DNA of 64,000 nucleotides from the IMG/VR virus record IMGVR_UViG_3300020219_000012, positions 1 through 64,000 of that record, one strand, 5' to 3'. The notes below the pieces were generated by a model. That model saw only the letters and a list, made by a program, of their open reading frames with translations, made no database searches and was not told the origin of the DNA. How positions within the stretch are numbered: position 1 is the first letter of the stretch; each line of letters opens with the position of its first letter. Origin of the DNA: a virus. Made by a program: the position numbers and the translations under genes. Of the stretch, positions 43,505 to 52,596 are shown in pieces.

Positions 43505-44166
43505 GCGAGCCGGTCATCACACAGGACAACGCCCGTAGCCTCCACGACGAGACGCAGCGGTACGTGATGCCCCATCAGGTCATCAAGAACCACATCCTCG
43601 AGGTCTGCCAGCTTCTCTTCGCCGACGCCACCAACCCAACCGGGTATACGTGGTCGCCCGAGGAGGAGAAGTCGACCATCCGAATCTGCGACAAGCACGC
43701 CTTCAACCTCGACAACGTCGGGGCTAACCCAGCCGTGGTGGCCAATCGAGGACCTCAGGCGTGGGCTAAGACCTCCGGATTTCGGCAGCTCCAGGGCGTG
43801 GACCTGCGGACGGACACCAGAACCTATATTGACCTGGTCCGAGGCAGCGTCATCCTGTCCTGCTTTTCCAGGTCGGGCCTTGAGGCTGAGGACGTGGCGG
43901 GGTTCCTGTTCGAATCCCTCCAAGTCTTTCGCGATGTCCTGCGGAAAATCGCAAGACGAGGTATCATCGTGCCGCATCATCTGGGGTTCTTCAGGATCGA
44001 AGCCTCCAGCATGGGCGAAGAAGCTCTCGTTAAAAGTGACTCGCGCCCCGACATCTCGGTTGTCCCCGTGGCTATCCAGGCAACGGTCCAGCGGCGCTAC
44101 AGCGTAGAACCCACGAACTCCCAGAAGCTGCAGAACATCGAAGTCCGGACAAGCAGGCGTGGTTAG
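43501..44166 (+). CDS. Putative tail terminator/completion protein
   Basis: 221 aa immediately upstream of sheath; by position. Confidence 0.45.
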   Translation: MSEPVITQDNARSLHDETQRYVMPHQVIKNHILEVCQLLFADATNPTGYTWSPEEEKSTIRICDKHAFNLDNVGANPAVVANRGPQAWAKTSGFRQLQGVDLRTDTRTYIDLVRGSVILSCFSRSGLEAEDVAGFLFESLQVFRDVLRKIARRGIIVPHHLGFFRIEASSMGEEALVKSDSRPDISVVPVAIQATVQRRYSVEPTNSQKLQNIEVRTSRRG

Positions 44167-44187
44167 CAACTCATGAGGAGCATTTAG

Positions 44188-47019
44188 ATGGCATACCGCC
44201 GACCTGCAATTGAAGTCATTCAGGAGTTCCAGGAGGCCGCTGCCTCCCTGTCGCTTCCCTCCTTGCCCGCCGTTATCGTGGGGCCCGGTTATCAGATCAA
44301 GGACGACGTTAACGTCGGCGTCTATTCTGAGACCGACCTCGCCGTGACCTCCTACGTCTACTCGGGGCTGTTCGCTGGATCGATCGTCGATCTGGCCGAC
44401 GCCCCGGAGGACGAGGCCGCAGCCAACGCGCACAAGTCCGTTGGGGTCGAGCTCAAGGATGCCTTCTTGGTCAAGGAGCCCGCGCTCCCCTCGACCTCGC
44501 AGATTACCGGCAAGCTCGCCACGACGAACCTGTTCCAGGACGTCACGGTTGGAGTGTTCTCCTCGTTCGATCCGGACGCCGATGAGGCTCCAACCTTCTA
44601 CGTTGACGTCATCAGCGGCGCCGGGCTGGACCCCGCCGACGTCGGCCGCAAGCTGGTCATCGACAAGAACAGTGACAACGAGCTCGTGGTGGCGGCGGAG
44701 TGGAAGTCCTCGCTTCCCCTCCTCAACGTTGTCTACCGCGTCCTCGAGTTCCGCGAGTCCGAGGTCTACCCCGAGACCGACTTCGACGTCGCCGGCATCT
44801 CCAAGGATTCCGTCGGCGTTGACATCAACCCCGGCCTCAAGACCGTCACCGACGCGGTCCCGATGACCGTGGTCGAGGGTACCGTCCTCCTGTCGTGGCG
44901 CGCGCTGCGGCCCGACCTGGCCGGCGCCTTGACTGCATTCACCGACCTGGACTCACTCGAGGCGGTATTCGGGGTCGGCTCGATCGTCCCCGCCAACACC
45001 GGCGCCTACGCGATCAACCTCGCCCTTCTGAACACCACCACGGAGGTGAACTTCACGGGGCTTGGGGCCGCGCTGTTCACCAGCGAAGAGAACGCTTACC
45101 AGGACGCCCTCGAGTACCTCGAGAACAAGGATGTCTACGGCGTCGCGATTCTCACGCAGAACGCAGCCGTTCATCAGATCCTGAAGACCCACGTGACCGG
45201 GATGTCCCTGTCGACGGTCGGACGCGAGCGAGTTGGTTTTCTCAACCGCGTGCTCAGCACGGTCGAGGTCGCGGTGCCGGCTTCTGGCATCGGCAACGAG
45301 ATCACCGCCGGCGCCAGCAACGGCATCAGCGGCGCCACCAACACAGAGTTCAAGGATCCAACCAACGGATCGTTCATCACGGACGACGTCGGCGTCGGCT
45401 ACTTCCTTGAGATCGTCGACTACACGGCAGTCTCCGGCGTCCACCGGTCGGTAACCCCCAACGAGCGCGACTACCTCAGATCCGGCCCAGACCAGCTGCA
45501 GATCGTCGGGGCGGCTTTTACGGGGACCGACATCGGCCGTAAGATCATCGTTCGCGGCGCCACCACCGGTGCCAACAACATCGTCTTCACGATCAGTGCT
45601 GCTGCCAGCGCGATCAAGGCGACGGTGACCCCGACGCCGACGGCCGAGCTCATGCTCAGCACGACCCGGGCATGGATCGCGGACACCCAGCGCGTTATCA
45701 CGCACAACGCCGCGGACGCGGTCGTTCTGGCAACCAGCACCTGGTCGTTCCTCAACGGCGCCTTCACGGCTGCCGATGTGGGCCGCCTGCTGTTCGTGGC
45801 CGGCACGGCCACCGCGGGCAACAGCGGCGCCTTCACGATCGCCGAGATCGTCAGCGCCACGTCGATCCGGACGGTCGAGGCTCCCGCGGCTGACGAGACC
45901 CTTGGTGTCGGTGTGACCCAGAGCGTCTACACCGTCAACCGCGAGCCGGCTCGCGACGTCACCTCGGACTCGGTCAACGGTACCAGCCGTGAGTGGACCA
46001 TCCTTGGCGGCGCCTTCACGTCGGCCGACATCGGTCGACGCCTCAGTGTCGCTGGGGCATCCAGCGCTGGTAACAACAGCGCCCTCCATGTCATCGAGTC
46101 CATCGTCTCCTCGACCGTGGTCAAGACCGACAACACCACGACTCCGGTCACCGAGACGTTCAGCGGGCTCGCCGTCACCCTCTCCACGCTTGACGTGGTG
46201 TCGGTGACTCCGAGCGCGGACGAGGAAGACTACATCCTCAACACCCGCCACCAGATCGCCAGCATCTCTTCGGAGAGCTCGCTGGTCTTGGTTGCCGATG
46301 CGACCGCCGGCTTCGGCGGCACACTCGGCAGCGTCGAGTACCGCATCACCAAGGATCTATCGCTCACCGAGCAGGCGACCCTGCTGGCTGGCTACGCGAC
46401 GTCGCTGGGCACCCGTCGCCTGGTTTCGTCCTGGCCGGACGTCCTGGCAGTGTCCGTGAACTCCCTGGCCACGAAGGTCCCCGGCTACTTCGCCGGTGCC
46501 GTTCTGGCCGGCATGACGGCCGGGCTGCCCAGCCAGGCCGGGTTCACCAACCTGACCATGACCGGGTTCGTGGGTCGCGAGAACTCGGATGACCGGTTCT
46601 CGGACGCGCAGCTGGACGTCATCGCCGGCGGCGGCAACATGATCCTGACCCAGTCGGTGCCGGATGCGGCGCTGGGCGTGCGCCATCAGCTGACGACCGA
46701 CCTGTCGACGATCCAGTTCCAGGAGTTCTCGGTCACCAAGAACGTCGACCTGATTGCGCGGTTCTTCCGTGGCGTCTACCGGCCGTTCCTGGGCATCTAC
46801 AACATCACCGATGGGCTGATGGACCTGCTCAAGACCCGAGGCGAAGGTGCGTTGGCGTTCCTCAGGTCGCAGCGTGTGGCACGGCTCGGTCCGCCCATCC
46901 TGACGGGCGAGATGACCCGCATCGAGACTTCCGAGACTCAGCCCGACACCGTCGAGATCGACATCGAGATCAGCGTGCCGCTGCCGCTCAACAACATCAA
47001 GCTGACCCTGCTGGTCTAA
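44188..47019 (+). CDS. Contractile tail sheath protein with inserted repeat modules
   Basis: MAYRRPAIEVIQEF start; C-terminal VPGYFAGAVLAG..QAGFTN, RHQLTTD..EFSVTKNVD, PLPLNNIKLTL sheath motifs. Confidence 0.82.
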   Translation: MAYRRPAIEVIQEFQEAAASLSLPSLPAVIVGPGYQIKDDVNVGVYSETDLAVTSYVYSGLFAGSIVDLADAPEDEAAANAHKSVGVELKDAFLVKEPALPSTSQITGKLATTNLFQDVTVGVFSSFDPDADEAPTFYVDVISGAGLDPADVGRKLVIDKNSDNELVVAAEWKSSLPLLNVVYRVLEFRESEVYPETDFDVAGISKDSVGVDINPGLKTVTDAVPMTVVEGTVLLSWRALRPDLAGALTAFTDLDSLEAVFGVGSIVPANTGAYAINLALLNTTTEVNFTGLGAALFTSEENAYQDALEYLENKDVYGVAILTQNAAVHQILKTHVTGMSLSTVGRERVGFLNRVLSTVEVAVPASGIGNEITAGASNGISGATNTEFKDPTNGSFITDDVGVGYFLEIVDYTAVSGVHRSVTPNERDYLRSGPDQLQIVGAAFTGTDIGRKIIVRGATTGANNIVFTISAAASAIKATVTPTPTAELMLSTTRAWIADTQRVITHNAADAVVLATSTWSFLNGAFTAADVGRLLFVAGTATAGNSGAFTIAEIVSATSIRTVEAPAADETLGVGVTQSVYTVNREPARDVTSDSVNGTSREWTILGGAFTSADIGRRLSVAGASSAGNNSALHVIESIVSSTVVKTDNTTTPVTETFSGLAVTLSTLDVVSVTPSADEEDYILNTRHQIASISSESSLVLVADATAGFGGTLGSVEYRITKDLSLTEQATLLAGYATSLGTRRLVSSWPDVLAVSVNSLATKVPGYFAGAVLAGMTAGLPSQAGFTNLTMTGFVGRENSDDRFSDAQLDVIAGGGNMILTQSVPDAALGVRHQLTTDLSTIQFQEFSVTKNVDLIARFFRGVYRPFLGIYNITDGLMDLLKTRGEGALAFLRSQRVARLGPPILTGEMTRIETSETQPDTVEIDIEISVPLPLNNIKLTLLV

Positions 47020-47052
47020 GCCGCCCCACTAGCTAGGTAAGGAGACTCAGCA

Positions 47053-47826
47053 ATGCCACTTCGTCCACAGGCCACGACCAGCTTCAACAACTGGAACTTT
47101 CACAACCACCACGTTCAAGAGGAACTGATGGGTGGAGAGTTCATCTCCGCCGAGACCACGCTCATCGCGGCAGGTCCGCCGCGCCTGACCGACGTCGGCA
47201 ACGGCGACACCGAGATTTCGGCCGACGAGGGCGACCTCGTCTTCCCGATCGGCGTTCTCGAAAACGTGGGCATGAGCCAGTCCAAGCAGCTGCAGCGGAT
47301 CTTCGAGATCGGCTCGAGCCGCAGCTACTTCGTGCCCGGCCGCACCGTCGGGTCGCTGACCCTGGGGCGCGTGCTCTATCACGGTCCCTCGCTGCTCAAG
47401 GTGCTCTACGCGCACTACAAGCAGAGCCGCGGCGACATCCGCTTCAACCACAAGGGCAAGGGCGCCACGATGAACCAGGGCGGCGTCCAGGTTCCTGACC
47501 CGAACGCTACCCTGCTCGAGCTCGCCTCGCTGCAGAACGAGCTGCACCGGGTGAAGTTCAACCCGGGCTACGACGACCTGTGGCTCAACCTGGCGTCGGA
47601 TCTATTCAACCAGCCGACCGGCATGGCGATCTACTTCCGCAACCAGCTCGACATGACGGTTGGCGGCGTCTACCTCGAGGAGTGCTACATCCAGGGCCAC
47701 CAGCTCTCGATCAGCTCCGGCTCAGCGCTCCTCATGGAGGGCGTCTCGCTGCAGTTCGAACAGGTTCGCCCGATCCGCATGCGCCTCGGTGGCGCAGGCC
47801 AGCCGCTCTACGCTAACGTCGGCTAA
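47053..47826 (+). CDS. Tail tube protein
   Basis: PIGVLENVGMSQSKQLQRIFEIGS.RSYFVPG..YLEECYI; follows sheath. Confidence 0.7.
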   Translation: MPLRPQATTSFNNWNFHNHHVQEELMGGEFISAETTLIAAGPPRLTDVGNGDTEISADEGDLVFPIGVLENVGMSQSKQLQRIFEIGSSRSYFVPGRTVGSLTLGRVLYHGPSLLKVLYAHYKQSRGDIRFNHKGKGATMNQGGVQVPDPNATLLELASLQNELHRVKFNPGYDDLWLNLASDLFNQPTGMAIYFRNQLDMTVGGVYLEECYIQGHQLSISSGSALLMEGVSLQFEQVRPIRMRLGGAGQPLYANVG

Positions 47827-47828
47827 TC

Positions 47829-48083
47829 ATGAACCGGCAGGCATTCGCAGATGAGCTCATGAAGGTCGCCGCCGGTGGCCTGTTCACGCGCATGGGCGCC
47901 ATCGGTGCAGCATCAGGCCTTGGCGCCCTGGGCCTTGGCAAGATGAAGCACATGATGACCGGCGATCCGTATGATGAGCCGGCGGACAACGTCCTGGGAG
48001 CCGCTGCCAAGGGCGGACTTGGCGGCCTGTCGGTTGCTGGACTCTTGCACCTGATTGGCAAGGCGTCCCGCAAGGTGCCCTAG
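47829..48083 (+). CDS. Small FxxELxKxA-leader glycine-zipper protein
   Basis: MNRQAFADELMKVAAG followed by two GxxxG hydrophobic helices. Confidence 0.7.
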   Translation: MNRQAFADELMKVAAGGLFTRMGAIGAASGLGALGLGKMKHMMTGDPYDEPADNVLGAAAKGGLGGLSVAGLLHLIGKASRKVP

Positions 48084-48586
48084 CCCCAGGCTGGCACCCC
48101 GGAGAGCGCCTTCAGCGCCCGCTTCTCACAGGCATCCTCCCAGCCGGGCTGGACCGTCACCCGGATCACCTTGATGGTGAAGTAGGTGATCTGGTACTTC
48201 TCGCTGGGCGGGACGTACCTGATCTCGACCGAGCGCGGAAACACGGCGTCCATCGCAGCGATGAAGAGGATGATGGTGTCGCGCCAGTCAGCCTGAATGG
48301 GGCGCAGCGGGAACATCTGGTAGATGTAGTCGTCGCCATCCTTGGTGTGCTCGATCATCCAACGCGAGCCAGACTGCCTGAACTCCTTGTAGTGGATGGC
48401 TGTGATGCCCATCGCCTCGGCTGAGCCGGAGAGGCGCTCTCCCAGATCCCGGCTTGCCTTGTCGAGCTCGAGCTCGTCATGGAGCAGCTGGTCGATCTCA
48501 GCCGCACGGCGGCGCACCGACTCCTTGTTCTCTTTGGCTTCGTCGGCCTTCCTGGCGACCGATCCGGAATCAAACATTCGTCCCAT
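48080..48586 (-). CDS. Hypothetical protein
   Basis: 168 aa; TTGACG-N16-CATACC upstream (48623-48596). Confidence 0.65.
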   Translation of the reverse strand: MGRMFDSGSVARKADEAKENKESVRRRAAEIDQLLHDELELDKASRDLGERLSGSAEAMGITAIHYKEFRQSGSRWMIEHTKDGDDYIYQMFPLRPIQADWRDTIILFIAAMDAVFPRSVEIRYVPPSEKYQITYFTIKVIRVTVQPGWEDACEKRALKALSGVPAWG

Positions 48587-48651
48587 GAAAGGGACGGTAT
48601 GCCAAAACCTACGCTTCCGTCAACGCCGATGCGCAGGCTAAAAAAGGTGGC

Positions 48652-49005
48652 TCACGTGAACATGTAGACGCGAAACTTCGCGTTCGCCGTCGTCGTCACC
48701 GACAGAGCGGTCAGCCCGCCATTGGGATTGAACCAAGCCCAGAACCCGCCATCGACCGAGATGGGTAGGACCTCGGTGGAGCCATTGATCTTGAGGTCAC
48801 CCTCCCCGGTCTCTACTTCGATGTAGCAGGCCTTGGCGTCGGTCAGCCGGCCCATCAGGCTCTGGTCGGTCTGCGCGCCAGTGATGCCCACGTCGTCGAC
48901 AGTGCGCTGCGTGTAGATCAGCGAGGCGCTGAACGTGCGGGTCGGCGGGGTCGCCTCGGCGCCCAGAGGAAAGGAGATCGTCCCGGCGATGGTCAAGGTC
49001 GGCAT
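48652..49005 (-). CDS. Beta-rich hypothetical (possibly virion) protein
   Basis: 117 aa; TAGTAT 6 nt before ATG, no SD. Confidence 0.6.
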   Translation of the reverse strand: MPTLTIAGTISFPLGAEATPPTRTFSASLIYTQRTVDDVGITGAQTDQSLMGRLTDAKACYIEVETGEGDLKINGSTEVLPISVDGGFWAWFNPNGGLTALSVTTTANAKFRVYMFT

Positions 49006-49020
49006 CGCCCGATACTACAC

Positions 49021-49812
49021 CTACTCAACGAGCACGGCAGCCCGGTCGATCTTCTCGTGGAAAGCCGGGTCCGCCGAGGCGACGAAGCTAAGGAGCGCGC
49101 CCGCAGACTCGCGATACTCGGTCGGGGTCATCGCACCGGAGAGGTGCTGGATCCTCTGAAGGATGAAGGCCGTCTGAAAGACGTCCTGCATGCAGTAGGT
49201 GTCGATCTCAAGGAACTTGCCCTCCTTGAATGCATCGTAGACCTTGCTGCCGTCGATGCCGACCTTGCCGGGTAGACCCATCAGCATCGCCAGGTTTGCC
49301 ATGTGCGGCCGCTGGAACGATCCCTTGTTGGTCCAGAGCTCCGCCAGGTCCATGTGGTGACCGGCGTAGCGATCGCGATACTCCTTGGACCACTGCGACT
49401 TGCCGCCCTTGTTGTCGTCGAGAAGGCCGAAGTACCACGGCATGGGGATACCGTAGCGAAAGGCCCTGGTTTGCAAGACCGGAACATCAAACCCTCGGCC
49501 ATGCCAGTCGACCAGGCGAAGCGGTTCCCGTTGCTCGAATAGAGAGCCGGAGGCGGCGGCGCTCCACCGCTCAATCATCTCCTTCTCGCTCTTGCCGCCA
49601 GCTAGGCCGCCGGCCGCGCAGCCACCCTTGACCGGCCTGAACCGTTCATCCAGGGCCAGCATCCCGATCGTCACAACCCTGTGCATTGAGATCGGCGGGA
49701 AGTCCGGGACGGGCTTCCCCTTCTCTGCCGAGATCCTGCACTCCTCGGCCCACGTCGACTGAAGCTCCGTCTCCGGGATCGTCTCGATGTCCTGAACCAG
49801 ATATTTGACCAT
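49021..49812 (-). CDS. 3'-5' exonuclease (DEDDy, PolB-exo-like)
   Basis: QDIET (ExoI), WHGRGFDVPVL (ExoII), YCMQDV (ExoIII). Confidence 0.85.
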   Translation of the reverse strand: MVKYLVQDIETIPETELQSTWAEECRISAEKGKPVPDFPPISMHRVVTIGMLALDERFRPVKGGCAAGGLAGGKSEKEMIERWSAAASGSLFEQREPLRLVDWHGRGFDVPVLQTRAFRYGIPMPWYFGLLDDNKGGKSQWSKEYRDRYAGHHMDLAELWTNKGSFQRPHMANLAMLMGLPGKVGIDGSKVYDAFKEGKFLEIDTYCMQDVFQTAFILQRIQHLSGAMTPTEYRESAGALLSFVASADPAFHEKIDRAAVLVE

Positions 49813-50251
49813 GCTGCTTCTCCAGGAAGAGCCATCGCCCTTCTCGTCGGTGGACCGGACGACCGATTTTCACCATCTCTTCGTAGGTGAAATTTCCTGT
49901 CTTGGCCGGCAGATCGCTTGGGTGGATTCGATACGCAGTATCTAGAGAGACTCTGACAATGCCAAAGGCCTCCACCCCCGCCCTGTCCATTTTTCGCAGC
50001 ATAGAGATCTGTGGGCCCGAGAAGGTGTGCTTGAGCATCTGTCCAATGCGGCGCCCCCTGTGGAGGGAGTTCGGCATCAGTGGCTGAATCTGCTTGGCCT
50101 CCACCGCCAAGGGCCTCTCGTCCAGGCGCCAGCACAGCAGGTCTGGGATCCCGAGCGTGTAGCCATCGTTTGGCCTGACGATGACTGCCGCATCCCCGTA
50201 GATGAGCTCGAGCGTCCTGATGAGCGCATCGACGAATCCGCGCTCAACCAT
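49646..50251 (-). CDS. PD-(D/E)xK nuclease (Holliday junction resolvase/VRR-NUC-like)
   Basis: MVERGF..GIPDLL..AVEAK..SGPQI. Confidence 0.65.
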   Translation of the reverse strand: MVERGFVDALIRTLELIYGDAAVIVRPNDGYTLGIPDLLCWRLDERPLAVEAKQIQPLMPNSLHRGRRIGQMLKHTFSGPQISMLRKMDRAGVEAFGIVRVSLDTAYRIHPSDLPAKTGNFTYEEMVKIGRPVHRREGRWLFLEKQHGQISGSGHRDDPGDGASVDVGRGVQDLGREGEARPGLPADLNAQGCDDRDAGPG

Positions 50252-50846
50252 ACCGCCTGGCCTTGCCGATCTCGAAGGTGGTCTTGACCGCCGCCCCCGT
50301 GGCATCAATTCGTATCACTTGCTCTCCCAGCCCGGGCTGCTTGAAGGTCGGGTCCCTGGGCGGCCAGGAGCCTGACATTTTAATAACCGCCGCGACGGTC
50401 GGGTTGAGCCAGGTGAGCATCTCATCGACGGTGCACCAGTTGACCCCCAGTGGCTTACGCGATGACATGCGGGGTATGAGATAGAGCTCGCCCAGCGGCG
50501 AGGAGAACTGGATGTATCTGATATTCATCCACTTGACGTATCGGAGTTCCCAGAGCTCTGGGTCCAGGTGGGTCGTGCGATACACTTCGGCGAGCCGCTC
50601 GTTGACTCGCTCCCAGGCCAGTATCACGCTATCGAGCTCCTTGTCGAAGCGAGAGGTGTCCTCGTCTCGGATGGAGTTCTCGACCTGCAGGCAAAGCTGG
50701 TCCAGGTATGGCTGAACCTTCGGATCGCCGGCCGCGTAGTCATTCCATCCGGGGAGACGCTCAGATTGAAGACGTGTCACTTCCCGGACGAGGCGAGCTC
50801 GCAGCTTCGCCTCCGTCGTCATGGGTTGGTCGCTGGTCATGATCAC
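50244..50846 (-). CDS. Hypothetical protein
   Basis: 200-aa ORF in a coupled minus-strand operon. Confidence 0.6.
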   Translation of the reverse strand: MIMTSDQPMTTEAKLRARLVREVTRLQSERLPGWNDYAAGDPKVQPYLDQLCLQVENSIRDEDTSRFDKELDSVILAWERVNERLAEVYRTTHLDPELWELRYVKWMNIRYIQFSSPLGELYLIPRMSSRKPLGVNWCTVDEMLTWLNPTVAAVIKMSGSWPPRDPTFKQPGLGEQVIRIDATGAAVKTTFEIGKARRYG

Positions 50847-51159
50847 CCCATATATCGATGGATAGGGTCCGGACCTTCGTAAGGTCCTGGCCCTTGAATT
50901 GTTCAGAACGAATGTAACCCTCGATCGTCACCCAGGAGCCCAGTCGGGCCTCGCGTGCGACCTTCTCGGCGTCCCTGCCGACCACCTCTACCAGCACGCG
51001 GTTCTTGCGTGCTCTGGCCTCACCGTCTGGATTGAGCCAGCTTTCGACCATGCATAGCTGAAAAGAAGTCAGCTTCGTCCTGGGACTGAGTGAACTGACC
51101 GTTGGCGTCGAGACCACAGTCCCCTGAAGCCAAGTCCGGTTGATGAACGGTGGCGGCAT
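50761..51159 (-). CDS. Second SSB-like OB-fold protein
   Basis: INRTWLQG..P..SFQLC..ESW..VEVVG..AE..LGSWVTIEGYIRS; no DDIPF tail. Confidence 0.7.
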   Translation of the reverse strand: MPPPFINRTWLQGTVVSTPTVSSLSPRTKLTSFQLCMVESWLNPDGEARARKNRVLVEVVGRDAEKVAREARLGSWVTIEGYIRSEQFKGQDLTKVRTLSIDIWGDHDQRPTHDDGGEAASSPRPGSDTSSI

Positions 51160-51508
51160 TTCGTTCCTGTGACTCTGCCATAGCCATGCGTAGTTTGCGC
51201 AAGGCGCTTACCTCGATCTGCCTGACCCGCTCCCGGGTCAAGTCCATCGCATCGCCAATCTCGTCGAGCGTGTGGGACCCGCCGGCCTCGGCTCCAACGA
51301 AGGTGCAGTTCATGTACCCCGCCTGCCTGATGGCGAAGGGGCAGCCGCGATTGGTGCACGGCTCATTCGGGAAGACCTGCCGCAAGTCCGGGCATCGGTC
51401 GGCCAGCACGCGACTCGGCGTTCCGATGATCCGATTCACCTCTTCGGTGTTGAACTCGCGCTTGATTCTCACGGTGTGTCTGTTCCTGGGGTTACTGCGC
51501 CGGGTCAA
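51020..51508 (-). CDS. Stand-alone sigma70 region-4 HTH protein with Cys-rich N-terminus
   Basis: HTLDEIGDAMDLTRERVRQIEVSALRKLR; four Cys upstream; start uncertain. Confidence 0.8.
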   Translation of the reverse strand: MTRRSNPRNRHTVRIKREFNTEEVNRIIGTPSRVLADRCPDLRQVFPNEPCTNRGCPFAIRQAGYMNCTFVGAEAGGSHTLDEIGDAMDLTRERVRQIEVSALRKLRMAMAESQERNAATVHQPDLASGDCGLDANGQFTQSQDEADFFSAMHGRKLAQSRR

Positions 51509-51524
51509 GCAGTGACATACGCTA

Positions 51525-51698
51525 TCACGGACGGATCAGCTTTTCACGCAGGCAGTCGCGGTGTACGTGGCAGACGGCAAGGACCGACTCGTCGACAACG
51601 AAGAAGTCCGGATCCGCTGGATCGAGTAGACCGCCGGCCAGCTCCACCGCAGGGGTGGAGGGCTTGATGGGCTGTCTGCACAGCACACATGTTTTCAT
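51525..51698 (-). CDS. 57-aa zinc-finger protein (not in ORF track)
   Basis: MKTCVLC...CHVHRDC; ATGA overlap with upstream stop. Confidence 0.6.
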   Translation of the reverse strand: MKTCVLCRQPIKPSTPAVELAGGLLDPADPDFFVVDESVLAVCHVHRDCLREKLIRP

Positions 51699-52120
51699 AT
51701 AATGATTCCGCCGCTAAGATCTTTGAGAATCCTTACCGACGGAAGGCCTAGCCCGTGGCGAGCCTGGTACCACTTGGGGACGGGGAACAGATCGTCGATA
51801 TGCTGTGACGGGAAGACCAAGCCGAGGATCTCATCCAGTCGCCAGTGCACGCCCCAGCCTCCGTTTTCGGAGTGCCACTCATGGGTGAGTGGTCGGTCGT
51901 CCAGCCAGTGCATGACCTCAACCGCCCACCCGTAGTCGCGTGGGACCTCGACGCGGGCGGCCTTCCCGCACATTCGGCACCAGGTCTGAACCATGACCGA
52001 CTCGGACTTGGTCTTCCGATTCGACCGAAGCCACTCGCGGTTGAGGTCTCGGAGGTGGAGGCACTTGAGGCAATCACCCGCCGCTGGTGGCCGTCTGGAT
52101 CGTGAACGAGGAGAGGTCAT
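51695..52120 (-). CDS. Hypothetical Cys-containing protein
   Basis: CLKC..CRMC; AAGGAG upstream of ATG52120. Confidence 0.5.
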   Translation of the reverse strand: MTSPRSRSRRPPAAGDCLKCLHLRDLNREWLRSNRKTKSESVMVQTWCRMCGKAARVEVPRDYGWAVEVMHWLDDRPLTHEWHSENGGWGVHWRLDEILGLVFPSQHIDDLFPVPKWYQARHGLGLPSVRILKDLSGGIII

Positions 52121-52586
52121 CGTCGGTCTCCTTCGTGAGTCCACGGCTGTGCACGGGCAGGGTGGACATCGTCTCCCTGGCCTCTCGGATTGCAGCCAGC
52201 GATTCACCCACGCCGGGTAGCGCCAGGTCGAGGCCGGCCAGGCTCTGCATGGCGAAGTCGAGGCGATTCTCGACGCGGGCCGCGGTCGCCCGAAGATCGG
52301 AGGCGAACGCCCCGGCATCCATCCGCGACTGCCGCGTGAAGTTCTCGAAAAGGTCGATGACGTTCTTGAACGTGGTCACCAGCGGGCGAGAGATGGCGGC
52401 GCGAACCCGGTCGTCCCCGAGGGCGGCGCGCTCGAGGAGGTTGGTGATCGTCAGCAGCGTGTTGTCGGGGAGAACCTGCACGAGCTCCTCGCAGACCCTG
52501 CACACATACACGTTCTGCTTGGGCAGATCGATCCTGCCCATCACGGACTCACACACAGGACACTTCACATCGTTGGCCTTGGTCAT
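52074..52586 (-). CDS. Zinc-ribbon plus helical protein
   Basis: MTKANDVKCPVC..CRVC; AAGGAG RBS. Confidence 0.65.
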   Translation of the reverse strand: MTKANDVKCPVCESVMGRIDLPKQNVYVCRVCEELVQVLPDNTLLTITNLLERAALGDDRVRAAISRPLVTTFKNVIDLFENFTRQSRMDAGAFASDLRATAARVENRLDFAMQSLAGLDLALPGVGESLAAIREARETMSTLPVHSRGLTKETDDDLSSFTIQTATSGG

Positions 52587-52596
52587 CTGATTCTCC

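Noticed and set aside
44188-47826. Sheath/tube as tailocin, T6SS or eCIS
   Set aside because: Portal, terminase, protease and capsid genes show a complete phage
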